Below are positions 51,295 to 60,891 of a DNA stretch of 64,000 bases, one piece after another (within the stretch, counting starts at the first letter, position 1; every line of letters begins with the position of its first letter). The stretch comes from Paraphysomonas bandaiensis. Taxonomy: Eukaryota; Protista; Chrysophyceae. The notes beneath the pieces were generated by a model. It was not told the origin of the DNA. It worked only from the letters and a program-made list of their open reading frames with translations, and made no database searches. The stretch covers positions 310,001 through 374,000 of the forward strand of contig CBFFRP010000080.1 of the NCBI GenBank assembly GCA_965644295.1, read 5' to 3'. The translations under genes and the position numbers were made by a program.

Positions 51295-54200
51295 ATGAGT
51301 AACGAAAACAAGAGCTTGCGGAAAGACGTGTCCATGCTACCAGCTCTGCCTGATTGCAGCATACCCAGAGAGCATGCGATACGAGAACTCACGGAATCTT
51401 TTGGAAATATTAATTCATCGAGCACTATAAGCCCCCGGGTTCTATGCGGCTGCACTGGGACTGGGAAGTCCACATTAGCTCTTCAGTACGCCCATGCATC
51501 CAAGGAGCAGAATAGGTATGATTTGATACGGTGGATGACAATGAGTACGGAAAATATTTTCTCGGAATGGCTGAAATTTGCAGCATCTCTTAATATTGTT
51601 TTGGAAAACACATCTCGGACACCCCTGACGGAGATTATACGTCTTGTTTTTAATCGACTGAGGCAATATCGATACCTTCTAGTTTTTGATGATGTAGATG
51701 CTTATGATAGCATTCAGTCATCCCTACCTTTTGATGTTCAGCAACAACAACATATTTTAATTACCACCGAAGTGGAAATGGAATGGCCAAGTCACGTATT
51801 TTGCATTCGCCTTGAATCCTTCACTCCCACGGAATCCATGGAGTATATACGGTGTATTTGCAAGAATTTAGACATGACACATGTGTTTTCAGAGTCAGTA
51901 GCCAATTTAATTCATGATACTATGGAGGGTCTGCCGTTAAGCCTTTCATTGACTATGCATTTCATCTCACTTCAGCACAAGACGGGGAGTGACGTGTCAT
52001 TCGAATCTTTTCTGGGCATTTACCGTACAAAGAATTTAGCAGTGAATAATATGCGTCAAACTCGGGGTAGTCAAATGCATAGTATATGTACACTTTGCGA
52101 CCTGATATTTGAGCATTTATGCAACTCTCCTCCTGCTGTTCAAGCCAGTGTCGTGGTTGCCCAATTAAGTGCATTGGGTAATGTCCCAGTACCAAGATCC
52201 TTGATTAAGAACTTGTGTCGATCCGATTCTGTGCTGGAATCAGTATTATTTTTCATTACCGATAGTGGAGTTATTAGAACGATGAATCAGGAATTTCTTT
52301 ACATGCACCCAACAGTGATGGCAGCTCTCGCTGAATGTGCTGTGTTTATTGATCGGTGGACTGTAGACATAGGGTGTTTGCCACAATTCAACAATCATAG
52401 TGTGGAGCTATTTTTAGAGCCATTGGTGGATGCTATTTGTGATATGACTTGCAGCTTCGATCGTAAAAGGTATACAGACGACGAGTATAAATTGACGTTT
52501 AGTACAGCGGTGGACGCGTACCAACACAGTGTGGTTCTGCTCTCTATATTGGACACTCTGATAAAGAGCGATACGGTAGGGTCAGCGTGCAGGCTGGTAC
52601 TGAGCAAAATGAAATGCAGACTCCAATTAAGTATCGGTTATTGTCAAGCAATACAGAAGAAATGGGAAGCTGTGTTGTGTTTATGCAACGAGTTGAAACA
52701 ATTAGTGCTAGAGTGTTATGGCGCGGAGAATATCATGTATGCCCGGTTACTGTCACTGAAAGCGAAATCATCTTCAAGGATAGAGGTAGATTCATCTGAA
52801 GCCGTAGAGTTGTATACTTCCGCGTTACAGATATTCACTGCTGTATATGGAAAACCCCATGACGATGTTGCTTATACTCTTTGTGAGTTAGGTTCTCTTC
52901 ACTTGTCTTTACATGAATACACTGAAGCCATGAGTCATTTTGAGCAAGCCATTATTATGCAGAGAAAAATGCACCGTGATGAAAGCCACCCCGTTATTGC
53001 ACACACTCTGGACTATATTGCCACAGTGAATACGTTGTTGAAAGACTATGTTGAGGGATTGTTACTATGTCGAGAGTCGCTTATGATTAAAAAACGTGTC
53101 TACAACTCATACCATCCGGAAATAGCTGCCACGATACATCAGATTGGAAGGATATACGAGCTCCAAGGTAAATATTCTGATGCATTGGCACAGTATGAGC
53201 AAGCTCTTGTTGTCAAACGGAAAGCTTATGGTGAAAATCACATATCGATTTCAACTACTCTAGAGTGCATGGCGGCTATTTACAAACGCCAGAGTAAGTT
53301 TGCGGATGCTGTTGGTGTTCTTCAAGAGAGCTTACTCATTCGAAAACATGTGTTTGGCGACAAACATATTGATATTGCACGTACTTTGTACAGCTTGGGA
53401 GACATTGCAAGGTCCCAAGGGAGATACAGCTTGGCCATGGAGATGTTTGAGGAGTCATTGCAGATGACGGTTGACTTGGTGGTAGAAGAAGATGGAGCAG
53501 AAGAAGTTGTCCGCATCCGAATAGCTATTGCGTCTGTTTACTATGCTCAAGGAAAATTTGTAGAAGCGTTAGAGCACTTTGCGCGGTGTATTGACACCCT
53601 GCGAGCTGTGTGCCCTTCTAATCACCCTGCTCTTGCCGAATGTTTAGGGTATATTGGGGGAGTATACGAAAGCCAAGGCAAGTATTCACTTGCATTAGCA
53701 CAATATGAAGAGGCACTTGGCATTGAGCGAGCCGTATATGGCTTAAACCATGTTATGGTTGCACAGACACTGACACGAATCGCTCAAGTATATAAGTTCA
53801 AGGAAAAATACGTCGAAGCGTTGACAACGTACGATGATGTTTTACAAATACGTCGAGCTATACATGGCACGAATCACGCAGAGATTGCATCCACGTTGTC
53901 CGCCATCGGTCAGATATACACCTGCCAGGGAAAGTATACGGATGGCCTGGTGTATCTAAAACAGGCCTTGGAAATGAAGAAACTCGTGTATCCTGCTGAC
54001 CATCAGTCCGTAATAGCGTCTCAAGAAACTCTTACTCGTGTTGAAAAACAGGAACGCTTTCGTGAGGTCATATTGAATAGATTCAGAACATATATCGATG
54101 CCCGACAACATGAGTCTGCGATGAGCGTTACTCTCGGAATGGCATATTCTCGAGAGGAAAAAGTAGCTGCAGCCGAATTCGTCATAAATCATATCAAGGA

Positions 54201-54378
54201 GAATGGGTTCGAGCGAATTAACACCCTTCAGACAAGTGATGAGTACAAGAAACATGAAGGCCCGCTTACAAATGGTAGGTTGGGAAAGTTGTTGTCGGAT
54301 TTGTTTGAAGAATTTTATTCCTCTCGGGACACAAGTGGGTTTGAGCGTTCTCGTACAGCTAGAGGAGCTACCACGTAA
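51295..54378 (+). CDS. NLR-like STAND protein: NB-ARC ATPase, ~12 42-aa TPRs and an unannotated C-terminal domain; intronless
   Basis: Walker A GCTGTGKS, Walker B LLVFDDV, HILITTE, GLPLSL, YMHPTV; repeats of HP..A.TL..IG..Y..QGKY..AL..YE.AL...YG..H. Confidence 0.93.
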   Translation: MSNENKSLRKDVSMLPALPDCSIPREHAIRELTESFGNINSSSTISPRVLCGCTGTGKSTLALQYAHASKEQNRYDLIRWMTMSTENIFSEWLKFAASLNIVLENTSRTPLTEIIRLVFNRLRQYRYLLVFDDVDAYDSIQSSLPFDVQQQQHILITTEVEMEWPSHVFCIRLESFTPTESMEYIRCICKNLDMTHVFSESVANLIHDTMEGLPLSLSLTMHFISLQHKTGSDVSFESFLGIYRTKNLAVNNMRQTRGSQMHSICTLCDLIFEHLCNSPPAVQASVVVAQLSALGNVPVPRSLIKNLCRSDSVLESVLFFITDSGVIRTMNQEFLYMHPTVMAALAECAVFIDRWTVDIGCLPQFNNHSVELFLEPLVDAICDMTCSFDRKRYTDDEYKLTFSTAVDAYQHSVVLLSILDTLIKSDTVGSACRLVLSKMKCRLQLSIGYCQAIQKKWEAVLCLCNELKQLVLECYGAENIMYARLLSLKAKSSSRIEVDSSEAVELYTSALQIFTAVYGKPHDDVAYTLCELGSLHLSLHEYTEAMSHFEQAIIMQRKMHRDESHPVIAHTLDYIATVNTLLKDYVEGLLLCRESLMIKKRVYNSYHPEIAATIHQIGRIYELQGKYSDALAQYEQALVVKRKAYGENHISISTTLECMAAIYKRQSKFADAVGVLQESLLIRKHVFGDKHIDIARTLYSLGDIARSQGRYSLAMEMFEESLQMTVDLVVEEDGAEEVVRIRIAIASVYYAQGKFVEALEHFARCIDTLRAVCPSNHPALAECLGYIGGVYESQGKYSLALAQYEEALGIERAVYGLNHVMVAQTLTRIAQVYKFKEKYVEALTTYDDVLQIRRAIHGTNHAEIASTLSAIGQIYTCQGKYTDGLVYLKQALEMKKLVYPADHQSVIASQETLTRVEKQERFREVILNRFRTYIDARQHESAMSVTLGMAYSREEKVAAAEFVINHIKENGFERINTLQTSDEYKKHEGPLTNGRLGKLLSDLFEEFYSSRDTSGFERSRTARGATT

Positions 54379-54649
54379 AGCATATAGACTACCAACATCA
54401 TTTCACTCAATGTTTTACCTTTATTTCGAGTTGCTGAGGAGTTGCTGATTTACGGTGTCGTCATATTTATTTATGGATTGTCGCAGAACGTTGATGACAT
54501 TTTCTGTGTTTATGAAGAGTTAGTTGTCGATTGTTTTGCTAAATTGTTACCGATAATAATATCATGCGCTTGAAATATGTACTATGTACTATATTTAGAA
54601 CTAGACCATATTATTGCCATTAATGGTACTCCAGTTCCCGGTAATTATA

Positions 54650-55354
54650 ATGGCCATTAATACACCGCTCATAATAGATAGAGTTGTCGAGTGATGCTCC
54701 CTTAATTACTAATTACTTAAATAACATTCTACGAATCGTAACAATACATCATCATTCTTTTCACTCTCCACTGGCATATCAGAATCATCATGCAGGCTTC
54801 ATGGAGAGTATTAGTATCCCACAACAATGTAATTAGAAATATAGCAACGATTCTAGACGATATGGATTCATGCTTCTACGCTCAGGTGTCATAATTAACT
54901 CTTTCTCTCAACAAAGAACCTTTTTGTGGTGTTCTGGGAGATAAGTACCGGAGATATTTCTCCGGGAAACTACCGTGAGCCGTATATATATAATCAACAG
55001 ATGATTCTCTGCTCACTCATAGCCTAATGCTTGTGTAGACGTCTTTGGGCCTTGTCGAATAAACAGGCATCCGGGAATGAATCCACCTCAAGGGCATCCG
55101 GGGTATCGGGCTGCCTACTGAAGTCAAGCATCCGGGCTGTTTAGCTTAAGAAATCAAACTTCCTGATGTCAGTAGATGTCAGGTATATCAACAATCTGCT
55201 TGCTTTGAGTGATAGAGCAAAAGTGGTTGCACCTTGGTGCTTGCGGTGATGGAGTGATGGACAACAAGCAGCTTTCGAGGCGATAAATATAGTAGGATAT
55301 TAGAGTTAAAGTTTGACTCTTAAATGTCTATTGCTAATAATAAGACATTCACTA
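54650..55354 (-). repeat. Inverted copy of ~44560-45190 (family C plus adjoining sequence)
   Basis: Long near-identical reverse-complement match that includes sequence beyond the family C end and a shared deletion of TCGGACTCGC. Confidence 0.9.
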
Positions 55355-56050
55355 CAAATCAACTCTTTGTACGACATCTGATAGAATACGCATCTATATT
55401 GCCTTGCTACTATAACTCCGATAGGCCGTCTACACACCAGTGGTTTACATACCATTCGTATTCTATACTTGGCCTTAATACTCCCCTTTCCCTAGCAAAC
55501 AAGGTCGTGACCCATATTATCATCTACCTCTCATTCCTATATCGTCATTACACAGCAAACCTCTTACTTTTGCCACTATTACTTCAGTACCGTTACTTCT
55601 CTGTATCTGTATCACTGGAATATAACCCTAGCCAGTCATTACCACCAGTCCTCACGTGTATCGATCTCAGTTTTCCCCAGCAGTTCATTCCGCTCCAAGT
55701 ACTCCCTTTGGAATATACGATACGTACTTTCGAGTGACATATTTCGCATTTGACTGTCGAATATGTGCACAAGAGCACTGCACGTCTCCGAACACTCATG
55801 CTCATTCCATCTATTGGCTGGTGGCGGTTTTCTCTCGTTCTGTCAGCCTGATGAATAAGTGCATATACGGAAACAGCTTGAATGATCTGCGATATGACTA
55901 TCTGTGACTTATGGTCATCAGGCATCATATCTTAGCTCCGACATTGCTCTAATACACCATAACAACTAACAGCACCATGGATCACAACAGATTTACACCT
56001 ATGCCACCTCTATACCTCTCGCGTGGATCTGCGCTGCAGAGTGCAGTGTC

Positions 56051-56139
56051 CTCTATCCCTGTCTGTCCCTGTCAATCCCTGTCTGTCCCTGTCTATCCCT
56101 GTCTGTCCCTGTCCGTCCCTGTCCGTCCCTGTCTGTCCT
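56051..56139. repeat. 10-bp minisatellite (CCCTGTCTGT)n, ~8-9 units
   Basis: Read directly. Confidence 0.9.
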
Positions 56140-56515
56140 GCATGTGTGTGTGTGATATCAGCAAAATATCATGTTAAAAATCCCGAAATACGTGTGCAGC
56201 ATACGAATAACCCGACTATTGGAGATATAATTCCAGGATTTTTAGGAACTCAATTCGTAACCGTTGTCTGAGGAAGACATGCAGTCATATCTATATATAG
56301 GTATACGGTGTGGTGTGGTATGGTGTGGTTAGGTACGTGGAGCACCCACACAGAGATCAGAATAGAGTCAGCGGCTCATAGAACTGTGCTGCAGTTATTC
56401 GATTCGCTGTTACAGAACAGTGCACATACACACTGTAATCAGCAACTGGAACACATATTCCGCATTCTTTCGTAGCAAAGAAGCGCCAACTCTAAATACT
56501 TATTGTATTCGCAGG

Positions 56516-57768
56516 ATGGGTGGTGCAGCAAGTATTGAATCTTCGGATGACGTTTCCAAAGAAGATTTGATCAACCAACTCCTTCCTCATTACTTAGCTA
56601 ACCCACAAAAGTATGACGATGTGTATCATATTTTAAGAGATCGAGCTAAGTTGGAACAGAAAAATAAAATGCGAAACTCATCCAATGCAGCAGTTAGCGA
56701 TATATCTGAGCCTGTACCCTTCACTGAGGATATAGTTAATGCACTGAATAATGTGAGATTAGATCCGAAATCCTTCATTCCTGTTGTTGAGGAGCACCTT
56801 CAGTCATTCGTAGATGACATGCATTATACGGATAAACATGGAAGGGAAAACATGAGGATACGAACAAGGGAGGGCAAGGCGGCAGTTGAAGAGTTAATTG
56901 AGTACTTGAAGGTAGGGCATAATAAACTTCGCCCCAACATAAATTCACGCGTGTGTACTAAAACCATGTGTATTCCTCAAACAATGCATTGCTCACATGC
57001 TGTAATGCTTACATGTTCTAATATCATCCACCAACAGACTGCTGAACCTGCCCGTGCCATTTCATCCAGTGAACTTCTCGAACAAGCTGCTATGGACCAT
57101 GTTAAAGATCTATCCGAAAACAACACTCTCAGTCATACTGGTGCTGATGGAAGTACCATCCAACTTCGAATTGAAAAGCACGCTACATGGAGGGGTATTA
57201 TTGGAGAGAATATTGACTGCGGCAACCGATCTGCGGAGAATGTTATTCTCATGTTGCTAATAGACGATGGGTGTCCAAAACGCGGGCACAGAGACAATTG
57301 TATGAACCCAGAGTTCCTGCAGGTTCGACGATTTTCGCTTGACTCTGTAGCTGACGAATGATACAACACTTCTATCTATTATTCATTGAATGTTTGCATA
57401 TATTTTATGACATTAGTTAATAATATCTCCATTAGGTAGGGGCTGCTATGGGACCGCATCAAGACTTTCAGTACTGCTGTGTGATGGATTTCGCAACATC
57501 GGTTCTGCCATGGTCTGAAGTTCAAACCTCCAATACTACTGTCACCGCAACAGCAGCGGAGTATGCTGCTGGAGAGCACTCGGAAGAATTTAAGAAAGTC
57601 CTTCGGTCGATACCAATGGACAATGTAGTATCTGAAGTGGAAAAAATGTTGGAGTCGGAAGACAGTACTGTGACCATAGAGTTCAATGCAGAGGAGTCAT
57701 CTGCTGTGATTTCATGTAAGAAAGGAAAGACAACCCGCAAGTTAAACGTCACCTGGGGAACGAAGTAA
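56516..57768 (+). CDS. CAP/SCP (PR-1 family) domain protein with an N-myristoylation motif; introns 56912-57037 and 57323-57434
   Basis: MGGAAS; LNNVRLDPKSF, TREGKAAVEELIEYL, AAMDHVKD, SHTGADGS, GENID, LLIDDG.PKRGHRDNCMNPEF, G.H......VMDFA. Confidence 0.9.
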
Positions 57769-59333
57769 TGTATCTAGTGTATATTGTGCCTTGCCAATAT
57801 TGAATGCAATCTAGTGTGTATTGCTTTATTTCCGTGATAGTTGATTCTGTTTACCAGTGGGGTTGTGATATTATGAAGCCCCATAGCTTCGTATCCACCG
57901 CTGTTATTGGCATTGTTGACTTACTTTTAATTATTTATAAGCAGAGTAGCTATTACTTATGGCTCCAATTTATTTGCCATAAAAACTAAACGTTTCTATT
58001 GTAGAGTTAGCAAGATGCACGAAGTTATAGAGTATAGAATTATATACTTTGGCTGCGTGATGCAATTTTAATCAATTTAATCGTTGCTTGAGTTCTAAAG
58101 TTCACATACTAAGTATTTGTAATACTAGACACATCAAGTTTGGAAAAAGAGGCAATATATACTCCTATGATAGTACGATTTAAAACTATCAATTAGTGTG
58201 ACATAGCACCTGATTAGTATAGAATTTGCGACACATGTATTTTGTATTTAGTATTTAGGAAGCGTACATCCTTAAATAGCACATAGATACTAAATACATC
58301 AAATTATAGAAAGGGTATAATTAGGATAACGTAACCACCAATTAGCAGAGTACTTTCTTATTGATGTGATGAATAATTTCATATGTAATGACCATCTACC
58401 TGCTACTTTGTACTTTGTAGTGATATTGATACATTTAATGTAACACAAATAGCGTACCATACTAACCGTCTCTCATAAACAAATGCAAAAATTGCAAATA
58501 ATGTAAGATGTTTTTACATGCAGTTAACAACGACTTCTACTAATCAAATAGATATTGGCTATGTCGCTATGTGCGTTATACCAACAGACGCGTTCTGTTA
58601 TATGTCTAATTCATACTTAATAATAAGTAAATAGCAATGCACCAGTCCTTTTAAGGTCTTCTTAATTACTTACACACAAACACAGAATGGAATGCCGTGT
58701 GATATGCTATCTGCGATGATCATATGCATGTTGCTTATACGCTGTGTGGAGAACGCTGCTAATAACAGCAGAGCTAATAAATAGAAAGAAATAGACAAAG
58801 GTACAAATACGACAGTGAGCTAATCGCCGTTTAGTTGCATGTGATGCTCTCGTTGCATTTCTTTATATCTAGCTCAGGATATTCAGGATAGATACGACAT
58901 CAAGATACTGTATCCGTTAAGATATCCACACACTTGCACTTTGCACACAGCACATCTGTTTTCTAGAAATTCAACTTTGATGATGAAGTTCTCGAAAATA
59001 CACATATTTCAATTTCTATAATACAAATCCTATATATTTAGAAAAAAACTCCTTAAAAAATGCCAATAATGTGACGAGCGGACGGCACGGAAGCGGGAGT
59101 TCACCGGATAGAACAGCATGAAGTACGTGTCGGTGGAATTTCAACACCATAGAATTTCTTCAATATGAAAATTTGCAGAGCGAGAAAGTCAGTTGAGGTC
59201 AGAGCACACACACATGTATGTATGTCTATGTCTAGACACAGCAGTCACATCACACCACTGAGAGGGTCAAGTCAGTCCCATTGAATGATCGAATCCATCA
59301 TTTGTATATTCCATTTCCATAATCAAGTAGCTC

Positions 59334-60404
59334 ATGTCTCAGTCTCATACGAAGCAGTTAGAGCAGAGTCTGTCGAATGCTCGTCAAGTATACGTACCCT
59401 CTGATCCGATAGTCACTAACATCATGGATCAGCTCGGCGCTGCTTATTATTCAGAGGGGAATTACACGGATGCGATGGAGAGATATAAGGAGTCACTGGA
59501 GATGAAGAGTAAGAGACAGCACGCGGACTACTCCTCTATAGCCGCATCTCTATACGACATCGCTGCTGTTAATATGGCGCAGAAACATTATATCGCTGCA
59601 TTGTTTTGGTTGAAAGAGTGCCTCAAGACTCGCTTGACATTTGTTCAAGAGGATCAGGTGGCTATTTCAGACACAATGCATGCGATGGGGCAAGTATACA
59701 TGTATGAAAACAAAGCCGAGTTGGCACTAGAAAGTTACCTTGAGGCTCTAAGTACTCGAGAATTAGTACTTCCTGCTGATGATTTGTCGAACGTCGGTTT
59801 AATTTGCAGTTTGGGGGCCGTATACTGCCAATTAAATCATTTAGATAATGCAATTGAATGCTACAAGCGTGCACGCGACATACTGTTGAAGCATGAAGGC
59901 AAGGAATGCAAACGACAGGTTGCAGAAGTATTCAAATGTATGGGGTGTGTTTTTAAACACAGAGGTGACTACAATGATGCTCTTGTACAGTATAAGGAAG
60001 CACTTGCAGTTTATAAGGAGTTGTATGGGGATTTATCCGCACCTGTGAATTCAACTGTGGCTATGATCGCCCATATTCAGCTATTGGAGAGTCACCGCCA
60101 GTCGTGTATTTTGAAAATCAAAGAATATATTGCCTCTCGCTCCAAAGAAATGAGATACGATTTTCTGTCCTTTACTAAAGAACAAAAAATTCAAGCGGCG
60201 AAGTATTTACTAGATTATGTCACGACTTGTGATGTGGGGAACGTTTGTCAAGCGATTGAGCATTCTGAAGGGTTTCTCATACACAAAGCTGCACTCTCTA
60301 ATGGACGCCTGGCGAAGATACTGAAGTCTTTATCCTTGGTTCGATCTAGTTCTCGTCAAGAGGATATAGATAACCCCCAGACACAGGTTACCATGTGCAT
60401 GTAG
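59334..60404 (+). CDS. TPR protein (~5 42-aa repeats) with the same C-terminal domain as the upstream NLR; intronless
   Basis: LGAAYYSEGNYTDAMERYKESLEMK and similar repeats; C-terminus YIASR..E...SFTKEQKIQAAKY...HKAALSNGRLAKIL. Confidence 0.9.
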   Translation: MSQSHTKQLEQSLSNARQVYVPSDPIVTNIMDQLGAAYYSEGNYTDAMERYKESLEMKSKRQHADYSSIAASLYDIAAVNMAQKHYIAALFWLKECLKTRLTFVQEDQVAISDTMHAMGQVYMYENKAELALESYLEALSTRELVLPADDLSNVGLICSLGAVYCQLNHLDNAIECYKRARDILLKHEGKECKRQVAEVFKCMGCVFKHRGDYNDALVQYKEALAVYKELYGDLSAPVNSTVAMIAHIQLLESHRQSCILKIKEYIASRSKEMRYDFLSFTKEQKIQAAKYLLDYVTTCDVGNVCQAIEHSEGFLIHKAALSNGRLAKILKSLSLVRSSSRQEDIDNPQTQVTMCM

Positions 60405-60891
60405 GGTCCGGCCGTGACCGACCTTCAAGCAAGGCAGCCGTCGATACACCTCAACATTTTTGCCATTTCAGGTGTTTTGTAGAAATATGTTCTATTGTAG
60501 TTATAATTTTCTTGTTCGTGACGTATTTTATCGCCACAATTCATTTGCCTTTTTCACATGATTGCCATATTTTGATATATTTTTGCGGAGTTTTTATTAC
60601 TGTCTTTGAGAGATAGTAATAAGTTCATTTTATCATCGTAGAAATCATGATATTATTATTTTAATTAACAATCCTACGTTCTGACGATATGGCGACTTCA
60701 GAAAAAATAATTTCGCTGTATACTTCAATTATATACACTTCCAAGAAATAAATACCATTAAAACTACACATTTCACTCATCTCTACACCAGCAGTCCACA
60801 GTAAAACATACACACTCCACAACTACACATAGACATCTCCACTATAAATGCGCTAATACCATATTACTAAATGGCACTATTTTCTATCATA

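Noticed and set aside
55324-55928. ORFs of 83-137 aa downstream of the NLR as a possible effector gene
   Set aside because: No recognisable motifs, overlapping on both strands, and adjacent to or overlapping repeats; cannot be supported.
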